A stretch of 64,000 nucleotides of DNA from Octopus vulgaris. Lineage: Eukaryota. The first letter of the stretch is position 1; the number at the start of each line of letters is the position of its first letter. The notes beneath the pieces are model-generated. The model saw only the letters and a list, made by a program, of their open reading frames with translations. It had not been told where the DNA came from and did no database searches. The stretch is taken from positions 16,244,001 to 16,308,000 of the forward strand of contig OX597814.1 in assembly GCA_951406725.2 (NCBI GenBank), read 5' to 3'. This document shows, one piece after another, positions 25,047-38,235 of this stretch. Made by a program: the position numbers and the translations under genes.

Positions 25047-27177
25047 GAATAAGGTTGTCAAAAAAGGTCATGATGGTCTTATGGTTCCTTTGATCATCGG
25101 TGTTTTGGATCAAGGCTAACACGTCAACGTACTAAATTATTAATTAACAGAAGTTATGGAGAGAAAAAGTCACAGTGCCTTACTAAGTCTTTAACTAAAT
25201 AATTTTTAAATGCGGGTTGGTTTCCCTAAGTATTTTGCTAAGTTTAAAATCGTGGTTTAACGGATATTATTCTTGTAATTCTTAAAGAATATATTAGTCT
25301 AACATGTGCTTAAATACTGAACACAACGAACAAGAATGAAAATTTCGAGAAAATCATTTAATAAAATTTTGGAATTATGGAAAAGACAGCGTGGGATTCA
25401 GATTTGAGTTTAAACAAGTGACGTACCCACAATGAAATACGTTTTGGCGTCCTTAGACATTCTCAGTGAAGTATATTATACTCAGGTGGTAAGACTACGT
25501 ATGATTAGTGATATGGGAATATAGAGAATAGAGAGACATTGATTATGAACATTAACCATCTGGCTACAGCAAAGAACTTAAGGGAAGATTTCGGTATATG
25601 AAATATTCAGGCATTTAATATTGAAACGCATCGTTCTAATCCAGTGTGGAGTTATTTGGTTATCTATTCCCCCAGGGTCTCTACTACAGTGACTGTATAT
25701 TATTTTGATTATATACTTTCATGAAATTTATTATAGATGATTCATGAGGGAACCATCCTGAATATATTGCATTCTGCTTTGATTAAAAAGATTAAGATGA
25801 TTGTACACAAAAGAACATGTTATGGTGAACAAAAAAGCTATCTACAATCAAAATTTGTTTCCTTTTCTTTAATAATTATTTCTTTAGAAGGATTTTTTAA
25901 AAACTTAGGCGGGGGTAATATCTGTTTTAGGCCTTCGTGCTTCTTTCACAGGCATTACTGTTGTAAGTAGAGTTAACTGACAACAGCAAATAATCGAAAC
26001 CGCAGCTCTGACTTTTACTTCAATTATAATATTCCATTAAAACACCGTGGACATTCTTTTGAATCTAATAACAAAAACAACGATGCATTTTATTCGCTAT
26101 ATTTAAATTAGCTTATTAAAATAACCAAGATATCGAGCTCTCAAAGAATTTCCAAGAACAAAATACAAGATATACATACATATATACATACAACAAATAA
26201 AAAGAAAGATAAATTTCTCAAAGTTTGATTTTACTTTTACAATTTGAGTAAATTAATAAGAAATAAAAAGAGAAAAGAAAGAAAACAGGTAAAATTATCA
26301 ATATTAATATATTGAACAGGTAATATCATATCGTATTTCTATTAAAACAATAATTTTTCCAATATCGCTCATCTAAATTAAAATCGAATATTTCTAAAAT
26401 ACTTTTCTCTTCTCGCAATTAGAAAGATGTTAGAAAAAATAATGAACTTACTTGAAAGTTCTTTTGAAGAGCGTTTTCGTCTGTATTAATAATTAAAGAT
26501 CATGTTTTTTTCTTCTTTTGTTCTATTCTTCATGGAACAGTCTCTTCTAATGTTTATGTAAGTTAGATTCCGTTGAGAAAATAAAGGGGAGAATTTATCA
26601 GAAATGTTTTACGAAAATAGATTAACGAGTTTGATAACAAAAATAAGAAAAAAACAACAGATATAGCAAGAAAAAATATTAATTAGATATATGAAAAAAA
26701 GAAGTACGCATATAATGAGAATCTATATCGGAAATTGCTCAAAGACCGATTATAGAATTAAGGGTAACCACAAAATTACACGTTGAAATGATGTAGTTTC
26801 AAAAGGAGCTTTTTGTTTTTTCTTGTCTTGCGATCATGCTACGTTTAATACTTATTTATTTAAACTAGTGTAATATTTCAACGCTCACCAAATGATGTAT
26901 CTTGTTTACAGTGATGTAGATACTTTAATTGAGAGAAGAGAAAGGTAGTAAACACGTTTTTCTTAATAAGCAGATAGAATTATCTATGGGAAATAACAAG
27001 TTTTCTTTTAAAATTCTACTTTATTAAGTGTATATTTAATTCTGAAACCTTGCTTTTTTTTAACTCTTGAATTACCGGATGAATTGACACAGCACGTACA
27101 TAAAGAAGTCTATAACAATTTACCTTAGAGTTCTGATCAAATCTTTCGACCATTAATTTTTTAAGGGTAAACACCTT

Positions 27178-27450
27178 AGAATGCACAAAATATCTTGATA
27201 CACTAATTCTTCGAACCGGTTTCGATTTACGGTCGTCAGCATCTTTATTATATTTACACTCATCACTTCTTTGAAAAAAGCATGGGTATCACAGCTTTCA
27301 AACACTAATTGTTTGAGGTTAAAATCTATAGAGTATACAAATATATTTGGTACACTGATTCCAGGAACTTATTTCGATTTACGGCCGTTAACGATTATAT
27401 TTTATTTATACTGTTTACGTCTTTGAGAAATGCATTAATATCACACCTGA
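27178..27450. repeat. Diverged tandem dimer, ~152-bp period
   Basis: 'ttgatacactaattc...tttcgatttacggtcgt...tctttgaaaaaagcat' recurs as 'ttggtacactgattc...tttcgatttacggccgt...tctttgagaaatgcat'. Confidence 0.8.
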
Positions 27451-29224
27451 CAGGTTTCTGTTAACTAGAGTGTCGAGGTTTCTTAAGTGATTAGTGAAAG
27501 TCATGGAAAAAATAAATCGACCGATGTATTCCCAAAATATTATGTTAAACTTGAAGTAAACTATAACAAACTGATTTTTTTTTGCAAATATATAAAGCTA
27601 TCCACTGTTCAAAAGGTCTTTTTTTTCTAATACGAAGATCAAAAACTCGCATTAAATATTTCATTCCTTAATTCGGTTACGTATTCGAACAAACTCATAG
27701 TGTATTTTTATCTCATAATTTTGCTTACATTTTTCTCATTATTTCTATATTCATGAATGCGTCAAAATCATATTCTCATGACTTGACTTTTGAACATTTT
27801 TTGCGACATTTCAGTTTTCTAAAATCTAGGTCTCTGACTTACCTACGCCGTTGGAAACGGCTAACATAATACGGTACAGTGGAAGGCATAATGGCATATA
27901 TTTATGTATTGTTTATGAAAGGATACTAGTAAAGAAACCAGCAGTATGTTTTATTTAAACCAATCATTTTGATATGGAAATGATATACATTAGTACAAAA
28001 TCCCTATGATTTTAGAGTTGATTTTCTACCCAGCTACAAAACTCTATTATTTTTGTATACATCCAGTTTTATTGTCTGAGATGAGAGACAATTTTTGGAA
28101 ATGAAAATTTTCGAAAAATTGAAATAATTATACGGTAAATAGTTGATTTATCTATTACAATGTATATAAAATTATAAGTGTACAAACTGTATAGAAAAAA
28201 TATGAAAAGAGTTGCTGATATCATAGTTCTTAAGACTAAAAAGATTTTATTTGGCATATCTTGTGATATATATATATATATAAAATAAAATCTTGATCGT
28301 GATTTATTATTTTCTATGTTATTATTTGAAAAATCAAGGAAACAAACTTTAGATAAATTCTTGAGCAAAACAAAGATAGCTTTAATATGAGTACCTACAA
28401 ATGAAGAAAATTCCTCAAACTAAATGTCATTTGAGTGATAATATTTTAAGTACCAGAAAGCGAAACAGTTGAACGAAATTCAAAGTCATTTCAAGAAAAA
28501 CAAGAGTTAAATTCTCATTGAAACTGAAACTTAAAAACTGCAATGTTTTGTTTGAAACTACAAGTTCTATGATTTTTATTGAGTGTCGAATACATAAAAA
28601 ACGATCTGCAAATATGAATGTCAGTTAGATATGAAAAACTAATTTATCTCTATTTCAATTATTATTAATTGTAATGTTATCAAAAAAGAAATAATAAACA
28701 AAACAAAGATTGCATTTGCCATTAATTTTAGGCGTCGGCATAACAGCAAAGAATCACGCAAACCGCGCAGAAATGAGACAATAGAAACTTGATAATAGAA
28801 ATAAAATTAGTAAAGTACTCCGTAAAAAAACAGAAACTTGAAGAGAAATATACTGTTGAAACTAGATTTCTTGAATGCACACAGCTGTATATTTATATGC
28901 ATAAACTTAAAAAATCTACACATTTTCACAAATTAATAAGAGCAGTAAAGCAAAATTCCACATATAGTACATAGTGACATAGTGTAAATGGTTTCAAAAG
29001 AGCTTCATTAAGATAAATATCAATCAATGAATCATTACATAATTTTGATAAATAAGTGATTGGTTTAAATTACATTCAATTTACAACGAATTTTTACACA
29101 AAATATGCTAAACAGAAGTTTGTTACTAGTTTAAGTGCATCGGAATAAAGTAACACAGAAAACAAAGATTCTGATATAAATGGGTAAATAAATATAGAAA
29201 TACATGTATATGTAAATATAAGTG

Positions 29225-29241
29225 CATGTATATATATATAT

Positions 29242-29329
<88 letters not shown>

Positions 29330-29342
29330 ATGTGTGTGTGTT

Positions 29343-29378
<36 letters not shown>

Positions 29379-29400
29379 TACATGCATGTGTTTATGTGTC
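29225..29400. repeat. (TA)n/(TG)n microsatellite
   Basis: Directly visible. Confidence 0.97.
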
Positions 29401-30481
29401 TGTGTGTATACAGCCTAAATATACATAACTATGCACACACAGAATTACAAATGAATTAAGCATGATTAAAGAATGAAGGGGCTCTTCAGCATTATGTTTG
29501 TGTGTGTGTGTGTGTGTGTGCGTGCGCGCGCATGATAAGTGGGTAAGATTTTCATAGCACGACATATATAGGAGAAGTGCTATGAGCAGAACTTAGATCT
29601 TGTTCAGGTTTTGATTGATTTAGGCCTAAACTTTGAAAGTGTTTTGTGAAGGTGGAGGCTATTGTTCAGAGTTCATTCAAGCATCGAAGACTGTGAATAA
29701 TTGTGTTTATCTGGTTTAGGTCAAGGTGGTTTGATAAAAGCGCTCTCAGGGGAAGCCAAGATGAGAATTTAAGGATCGTGTAAAGTCCTCGTTGAAGGCA
29801 TGTGAAATAGGTATGTCAATTGGGAAAGAAGTGCTTGTTGCTATCATCAATGAAGAAAACGAATAAAAGAAAATGTTGGTATCTTCCTAACACCATCCCC
29901 TAAAAAAAAGAAAAGAAAATCACGCGCCGCCGCCGTAGTGAATGGAGGAAAAGAGGGAGGTTTGCAGTATCTGTAAAACATATATGTTCATTAGAGCTGG
30001 GTTCATTAGTCAACATCAGAACCACATGTGGAAAGTATCAATTTGTCAGAGTGTACAATGTTCTTAAAGCTCAGTGATGGTTCTCATTTCTGTCACAAGT
30101 GAACATCCATTATCTATGTATTATATAAAGACAACAAACCTATCTCACACAGTTAGACCTGTAATTTGTTATATCTGCTGTTTCATCCTTTTTGTACAGA
30201 GCATGTTACTCATTTTAACATTTTGGAAAGTTTATCATATGCAAGGAAAACGTATGCAAGGAAAACATATATGCAAGGAAAACGTACCAGCAGTGGCGAG
30301 AGCATTCGTGCATATCTTTGTGATGGATATACAGCTGGACCTGTTGTTGAGTTCCATTTCATCTTATCCACGGTCGATTATTACATCTTCCTCGTTTAAG
30401 CAGATGTAACCGGTGGTTGCTACTTTCCGGTCTAGATCAAGGAATCTTTTCACCTTATGAGTAAATTTGATAGTCTTATAT

Positions 30482-30619
30482 ATACGACCGACTTCTTTCA
30501 ATTTCCGACAACCAAATTCAGTTGGTCGGACCGAGGCTTTAGCAGAAGATACTTGCTTAAAATGCCATGCACGCAGTGCGATTAAACCTAGAAGAATGTG
30601 ATTGAAAAGCAAGCTTCTT
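30482..30619 (-). mobile_element. Decayed SINE family C
   Basis: 'ttggtcggaccgaggctttagcagaagatacttgc...acgcagtg' matches the reverse of the 44131 element. Confidence 0.75.
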
Positions 30620-30797
30620 ATTTCATTATTGCCCACAAGAGGCCAAACAAAGAGGAGACAAACAAGGACAGACAAAGGGATTCAGTCGACTACATTGACC
30701 CCAGTGCGTAACTGGTATTTAATTTATCGACCCCGAAAGGATAAAAGGCAAAGTTGACCTCGGTAGAATTTGAAACGGCGTGCTAACGTTTCTGCAA
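30620..30797 (-). mobile_element. SINE family A with internal deletion
   Basis: 'cccacaagaggcc...gacaaacaaggacagac...cccgaaaggataaaaggcaaagttgacctcgg...ggcgtgctaacgtttctg'. Confidence 0.85.
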
Positions 30798-30840
30798 GCT
30801 TCTTTCCACACATGCTTATGCTCATTGGTATGTATGTATG

Positions 30841-30909
<69 letters not shown>

Positions 30910-31049
30910 GTATATGTATGTATGTATGTATATATATATATGTCTGTATATATATATATATATAATAGCAATTTAATAAATAAAACATATGCATACATAC
31001 ATAGATGTACATACCTACATCTATATGTATATATACATGCATATATATA

Positions 31050-31348
31050 TGAGTACAGGACACCACAAATAAATGTAGAACACAACGAGGAACGAAAACA
31101 TAAAATCAAACAAGGAAACGGACTTTTTTAACAACTAAAAATCAGAGTACAAGACAAACAATACAAGGAATATTCCCCTTCATCAGCTGCCCCTGTTTCG
31201 ACTCAATGCGTGTTTCGAGGGTAAGGGCAGAACACGACTCGGCCGAAATAATCCTTCCTGCAAAATGAATTAAATAAAATTCTTTTGCAGAGGGGTAAAA
31301 AAAAAGTGACCAGAACAGGACGTAAAAGCAATACAAATGAAGAAGTTT

Positions 31349-31350
<2 letters not shown>
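31050..31350 (-). mobile_element. Short unclassified element between (TA)n tracts, with hammerhead half-motifs
   Basis: Unique 300-bp island flanked by TA repeats. The minus strand has cGAAAC...GTC followed by CTGATGAagggg (31176-31222). Confidence 0.4.
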
Positions 31351-31383
<33 letters not shown>

Positions 31384-31386
<3 letters not shown>

Positions 31387-31756
31387 TGTTGTATTTCGGG
31401 ATTGTCATTTTTTGCCAAATAAACACACGCACTCTCTATATTTTTTCTTCATTCAATTATTACTTTTCTTATTTTACTATTTTATATCATGCCCGGCAAT
31501 CTCTCGTCACGCATCTGTGACCTTTTCAGCGACAGTTTTCGTTTCCATCTCAGAAAAGGAAGGGAGTAATTGCAGCAAGAACATACACGAATACGAAAAG
31601 TGTCGCTGAAGAGGTCGCAGATATGTGACGAAAAATTTCCGGATATTGGACTAGAGTTAGAATAATAAAATAAGAACAGTAATAATTGAGTGAAAAAAAA
31701 ATATTTTGCGAGTGTTATTTGGCCCAAAAATATGACCATACCGAAATAAAACAATA
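31384..31756. repeat. Inverted repeat (arms 31384-31542 and 31593-31756), each arm with a hammerhead-like motif
   Basis: Arms are about 75-80% identical as reverse complements and flanked by (TA)n on both sides. Confidence 0.85.
31602..31642 (+). ncRNA. Candidate minimal type I hammerhead ribozyme with intact core
   Basis: tcg-CTGAAGA-g-GTCGCA-gata-TGTGAC-GAAA-aat-TTC-cgg: canonical CUGANGA/GAAA/UH, 6-bp helix II, self-complementary helix III (AAATTT), short helix I. Confidence 0.55.
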
Positions 31757-31826
31757 TCTGTTTCAGCACACGATTTCACATCAGGAATCTTGCAAAGCGA
31801 ATTGATATATATACATATATATATAA

Positions 31827-31885
<59 letters not shown>

Positions 31886-32005
31886 TAAAAACAGTAAGAT
31901 AACAAAAGAAAGAAAGAGACCTCAATATTATGTAAATATAGGAAATTTATGTATAAAATAATATGTTGTAATTACTCAATAGTCAAGATATATATATGTT
32001 TGTAT

Positions 32006-32148
32006 ATCACCGTGATCAGCGTGACCGACGAGGCTATCAGATGTTGCTACACATTGCTGGTCACAATACGCTTCGCATTGTTTTAACCTTCAAATGACGC
32101 CACCCCGCTGGCTAAGCGACCAGGCCAACAGAAGAAAGAGTGAGAGAA

Positions 32149-32149
<1 letters not shown>
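32006..32149 (-). mobile_element. 3' part of a family B SINE (tail type c), cut by the CR1 insertion
   Basis: Ends in the family B core 'gaagaaagagtgagagaaag', running directly into the LINE tail. Confidence 0.65.
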
Positions 32150-32189
<40 letters not shown>

Positions 32190-33132
32190 ATTTGGCTCAA
32201 AAGCAAATAGCAAGGCCATGTAGGGGGACATGGAGTTAAGTACAGGGTGGTGTTCATGTAAATAGTTCAGGCCACTTGAGGTCAAGGGAGGCTTTGAACA
32301 AAGCGGTCGTCGGCATCTTCACCATCTCGTCTGGCAGCTTGTTCCACGGATCCGCAACCCGGACGGAGAAAGCTCCTCTCCTTCGATTGATATGAAATCG
32401 TCGCAGGTAGAGCTTTTCGGAATGACCCCGCAGCCGACGCTCTGGAGCAGGAGTGAAGAACAGCTCTTTCGAGAGGTTACACTTTCCGCTTATGATGTTG
32501 TGGGCGAGAATGAGATCACCACGGCGGCGGCGTTTTTCAAGAGAATAAAGGTCGAGCGTCCTCAGCCTTTCTTCATAGGACATATTTTTGAGACCATGAA
32601 CCATACGGGTAACCAGCTTCTGGACTCTTTCGAGATGCTGTATGTCTTTGAGGAGATAAGGAGAAGAGGCTTTAATCCCGTACTCCAATATGGGTCTCAC
32701 CAGCGTGACATAGAGTGGTAGGAATATGGCTGCTGTGAGCATTCCGAATGACCGTCGAATCAAGAACAGAATTCCGCGTGCTTTGTTGGCAGCATGGACG
32801 CACTGGGCCGAAGGCGAAAAGGGGGAATCCACCAAGATACCCAGGTCCTTTACCTGATCGGTCTTCTCCAGCAGCAGACGACCTGGCACGAAATCAAGTT
32901 GATTGCAGGAGGAGAGCCAACAGGCAGATGACAGCACTTTGACACGTTCAGACACAGGTCCCATTCGTTAGACCACTTCCAAATTTCGTGGAGGCATCGA
33001 CGAAGATCCTCTATATCACCGCGAGGAGCGACCAGTTTGATATCGTCGGCAAATAGAAGGGTGTGTTGCGTGAGGTCGTCGGGCAAGTCATTTATGAAGA
33101 CTAAGAACAATAAGGGCCCAAGCACTGAACCT

Positions 33133-33134
<2 letters not shown>
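32150..33134 (-). mobile_element. 5'-truncated young CR1-group LINE (RT C-terminus, 3' UTR, (TAAC)n tail)
   Basis: [17 protein letters not shown]...LFADDIKL (ORF 32850-33125), then one frameshift into KDLGILVD...LVRPILEY...SYEERL...RRRRGDLI...LRGH...FSVRV..PWNKLP (ORF 32254-32964). Tail is (gtta)n at 32150-32188. Confidence 0.97.
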
Positions 33135-33170
<36 letters not shown>

Positions 33171-33198
33171 TATGTATATATATGCATATATATATGCT

Positions 33199-33255
<57 letters not shown>

Positions 33256-33314
33256 ATATATATGTATATATGTGTGTGTATGTATGTATGTATGTATGTA
33301 TATATATATGTGTG

Positions 33315-33450
33315 TGTGGCTTAGTGGTTAGGGTGTCAGAACCATGAACCTAAGATTGTGATTTCGATTCCTGGACCGGGTGACGCGTTGTGTTCTTGAG
33401 CAAAACACTTCATTTCACATTGCTCTAGTCCACTCAGTTGGCAAAATGGG
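33315..33450 (+). mobile_element. tRNA-derived SINE family D, 5' part
   Basis: 'gtggcttagtggttagggtgtc...tttcgattcctggaccgggtgacgcgttgtgttcttgagcaaaacactt'. Confidence 0.8.
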
Positions 33451-33669
33451 CACACAGATGCATACAAAATCATACTTAGTAATTTTCCCTCTTGATGTAT
33501 ATTGTTTTCTACTCAGTACTTGAACTTGCTTCCTAAACGTAAAGAAATTGCCCCTTCAGAAGCTCTATGTATCCTTATACGAAATCCACCTTCGTGTAAA
33601 TAAATAAATATAATCAATATTTATAGATACTGAGTACACTTTCTTCTGTTAAGAAGAAATCACACACAC

Positions 33670-33970
33670 TTATGCATGCATGCATGTATGTATGTATGTA
33701 TGTATGTATGTATGTATGTATGTATGTATGTATGTATGTATGTATGTATGTATGTATGTGTGTGTATGTATGTATGTATGTATGTATGTGTGTGTATGTA
33801 TGTATGTATGTATGTAAGTACGTACGTACTTACGTATGTATGTATGCATGCATGCATGTATGCATGAATGAATGTATGTATGAATCTATGTATGTATATA
33901 TAAGGTGTATATATGTATAGATATATATGCATATATACATATATATATATGTATGTCTGCATATATATAT

Positions 33971-34045
<75 letters not shown>
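33670..34045. repeat. (TATG)n/(TA)n microsatellite
   Basis: Directly visible. Confidence 0.97.
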
Positions 34046-34046
<1 letters not shown>

Positions 34047-35174
34047 CAGACTCATTCACGCATATACACATCTTTATTTATATATATGTGAGTGTGCGTT
34101 TGTATCTGTATATGTATGTACATTTTTCTGAGTGTAAATATTACCCTGGTGTATTTTAAAAACCTTAAGCCAATTTATTTCACAAAAGAACAATTGCAAA
34201 ACTTCGAAATTTCAGCTGAAGTCTACAGGCAAAAATCTTTGTTGAAACTATTCTAAGTTTCTTTTTGCTCTTTTTTTTTTTATAAAGTATTTTTTGTTTC
34301 TTTCGTAGCTGTTAGTGAATTTGCCTGTAATGTAGAAGTTTAAGTTATATAGTTTGGCATTACCTATTGAGAATAATAAACAAAATACGATAAAAATAAT
34401 TAAAACTTTAGCAGTAAGTGAAGAGAAGAAGAAAAAATATTGCCTGGTACAATGTAAAGAAATAAGTGAAAACTACACCAAAACACTTTCAAATATGATG
34501 TAGAGTCACTAGAGGATATATTTCATACGTAGTATTTCTCACTTAACTGGAGGGAACTAAAAACTATTCTCAGAGTGAGAAAATATTTCGACATAGAATA
34601 ACATTTCTGGAAGCATGCATCAAAAGCTGAATTTTTAGACCAAAGCAATAGTAGGGTATAAAACAAAACAAAGTAATTATGTTTAAAAAATGTTCTTATT
34701 GATTTCACAGAAATAACTTTACTACACCTGTAGATCAGAATTCATTTAAGAGAAGTAAGATTATCTTTTGGTTTCTAAATTTCAATAGATAATTCCGATC
34801 TAAAATAATTAAACAAAAAGGGTTGTTTTAAAAAGCGTATTCAATTCTGGACAGTGTTAGCAATATTGGTTTTATGTTGGTTTTACTTGAGAATGGGTAG
34901 AGTGGCAGAGAAAACGTCTTGCAAAGTTTTGCCTTATACCTGGTAAAATCTGTAATTTCTCAGACTGAATTTATCATTTTATTTTCCCAAGGTTCACCTA
35001 TTAGACACTACTCTAATTTATTAATTGCTTGTACCACAACCAAGTACATGTGGCTTTGTGCCTCGCTGTGCAAGAAAGTTTTGTATCGAGATTATATTTT
35101 GCATTTTACTTGCGTTAATTTCTCTTGAAATGACGTTTTGCATAATATATATATGCATGTATATATGTATGTGT

Positions 35175-35387
35175 ATATATAAAGTTAATCCAAACAAGAA
35201 AGCACAAAAAAACACAACAACGTGAGGACGTGGAACAAATATAGTATTATTTGACGCTCAGGAAAGAAGGAAAGAAGGAGGGTTTAACGTTTCGTGCGGA
35301 GCTCTTCGTCGGAAATATAGGAGAAGGAAAGATCCAGAGAAGGGAAGACAGAGGAAAAATATCGCCAACGGTACACACGCGGTCACA

Positions 35388-35390
<3 letters not shown>
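35175..35390 (-). mobile_element. Short element in (TA)n with a hammerhead-like motif (Penelope pLTR/retrozyme-like)
   Basis: Minus strand 35283-35315 reads ttt-CCGACGA-a-GAGC-tcc-GCAC-GAAAC-GTT-aaa with palindromic helix III (AACGTT). Related to 4235-4400. Confidence 0.6.
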
Positions 35391-35422
<32 letters not shown>

Positions 35423-35483
35423 TATATATTTATACGTATATATATATGTATATATATGTATATATATGCATATGTATATATAT

Positions 35484-35559
<76 letters not shown>

Positions 35560-36018
35560 ACACACACACACACACGAGGTGAAATCAAAAGATACTGGCA
35601 TTTTCATCAAAGCCTACTTTCGGTTTCGTCCCACTGCCTCAGATAATATATTTTGAAAGGTTTTAAATAACGAAAATCTTGAGTAATGAATGTATTCCAT
35701 ATATTGTTCAAACCGGAAACTTATTTTTTCAAAATATCACTATTTGGTTTGACTTCATTATTACAACTTATGGAAGTCGATGCCAGTACAAACTAGTCGG
35801 ATATTCTAAACAGTCCATAGCAGAACAAACTTCGTGGGTACTCTAACAATGATTTAGAGGAGTTTGTTATATTTGACTCGAGACCAAAATTCAGAAATCA
35901 TGCACTGCTTCTAAGCATAATGCAAAATAACTATTTACTCCTTGCGTGTAAACATTACGGCATCCAGTGAAATTTAAACACCATATACATATTAATGTAT
36001 TAAGATTTGCTTTATGAA

Positions 36019-36420
36019 GGCGTCGAGCTGGCAGAAACGTTAGCACGCCGAGCGAAATGCTCAGCAGTATTTCGTCCGCCGCTACGTTTTGAGTTCAAAT
36101 TCCGCCGAGGTCGACTTAGCCTTTCATCCTTTCGGGGTCGATAAATAAGTACCAGTTACGCAGTGGGGTCGATATAATCGACTTAATCCGTGTTTCTGTC
36201 CTTGTTTGTCCCCTCTGTGTTTAGCCCCTTGTGGGTAGTAATGTCTGCCGTTATGTTATGAGTTCAGATTCCGCCGAGGTCGACTTTGCCTTTCATCCTT
36301 TCGGAGTCGATAAATTAAATACCAGTTATGCACTCGGGTCGATGTAATCGACTTAATCCCTTTGTCTGTCCTTGTTTGTCGCCTCTATGTTTAGCCCCTT
36401 GTGGGCAATAAAGAAATAAG
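36019..36420 (+). mobile_element. SINE family A, dimeric
   Basis: Head plus two core/tail units. The junction at ~36240, 'gtgggtagtaat|gtctgccg', is shorter than in the other multimers. Confidence 0.92.
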
Positions 36421-37832
36421 GTTTGTTTTAATGTTAAAATAAAACTATATTAAGCTAAAGCATTACTCACAGGTAGAGCGCAAATGTGTTATTCATTAAC
36501 TAGAACAGTATTGGAAGTGACTTCGAAGTTTTCGAAGTTTCAGACAGTCCGATGAACGTTTAGATGGCCAATACATCGAAGTCATTGTCACTTGTATGCT
36601 TGTTAAAGTATAATATGTGTGTGTGTGTGTGTGTGTTTGTGCGTGTGTGTCTATATATCACATATCTATTTATGCATATATATACACACAGATATATATA
36701 TATGCATATTAGTGCAGCAACAGACTCTTGCAAACTTAGTCATGTATATGTCCTTATGTGCTTGTCTGTGTGTGTGCTTGTGTGTGCGTATATATATATA
36801 TATATATATATACATACATATACGCATACATATATGTACAGAAAGTAAATGATAGTACATCAATAAACCTCGATGTAAAGACATATATCGCCACCGATTT
36901 CGTTCTTTCACTCGCTAGCAAACAAAGAAACAAGCAAGCAATGAAATATATACATATAAACAAACACACAAACACAGCGCAAAGATTGTGATGACCTTAG
37001 ATCATGAAGTTTAATACAACATGCACCGAACATTTCTTCGTAAAGAAGGGAAAATAAACAACGACTGTTTGTCTACAGTATTGGCAGACATATATAGATG
37101 TATATCTCAACGGAATGTTTTAATTGTCGATTACTATAATACATTAGAGCTGCGCTTATCGAGATCAAAATTTTATAGCCATTGAGGCGATGTGCAGTTT
37201 CTGGGTAAAGACCGGAAGCTTACAGAGCTTAATGTCAGCAAATAATGGGAACGAATTTAGTTATGACTCTGGACTGCCAAGTCCAAGGGTTATAAGTATT
37301 ACCCTCCTAAATAATGAAATGGTCATTCAATGACGTCATTTCACGACAGAATTTCATACTTTCTACAACACGGTCTTATTTATAGACTCTTGAGGAAGTA
37401 TAAAACTGTATGGGAGTTTATAATAATATATAATTGATATCTTTTTTCTTTTTCCTAGCCAGCATCACTTTCTTTGTTTTTTTTTTACTCGTTTTCACCG
37501 TCAGAAAAATAGAACTTGTTTTGTATATATCACTTTAAACCGTAGTTTTGTGGAGAGGAGGCTAAGACAGAAGAATGATATCTGACCCAAAATATATTAC
37601 TTAGTTGCATTCTTTCAGTTTATGTGTTCAAACCACACCAAGTGTGATATTCTGTTTAATAAGAAAGTGGAATCAATGAAATATGCACATGTGAGGGAAA
37701 AATTATGTGAATCGGAAATAATTGGTATTTTGGCTATGTAAAGAAATAAAATTTATTAATAGTACGAGCCAGGATTCATAAATCAATACAAACAGAATAT
37801 ATACCTTTGCGATATAACATTGCAGCTAGCTG

Positions 37833-37921
<89 letters not shown>

Positions 37922-37965
37922 GTATGTATATATATATATATATATATATGTATATGTATATATAT

Positions 37966-38235
37966 TTTTTTTATGCGCTCTTTTCAAGCCTAGCCAGGCT
38001 CATGGGCCAGATTTCTCGGTTTCTATGGCGTATGTGTTTCCCCCTGCTGGACGGGACGCTAGTCCATCGCAGCGTTACTCTAGAAACAGGAAGAAAGAGT
38101 GAGAGAAAATTGGGTCGAAAGAGTACAACAAGGGTTGCCCCACCCCGCCCTTGCCGGAGCCCGGTCTGGGAATCGAAACCGCGATCCTCCGACCGCGAGT
38201 CTGCTGCCCTAACCACTGGGCCATTGCGCCTCGAC
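37966..38235 (-). mobile_element. SINE family B (tail type b) with internal deletion
   Basis: Reverse complement of the 24143-24447 type, ending '...ccctaaccactgggccattgcgcctc'. Confidence 0.9.
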
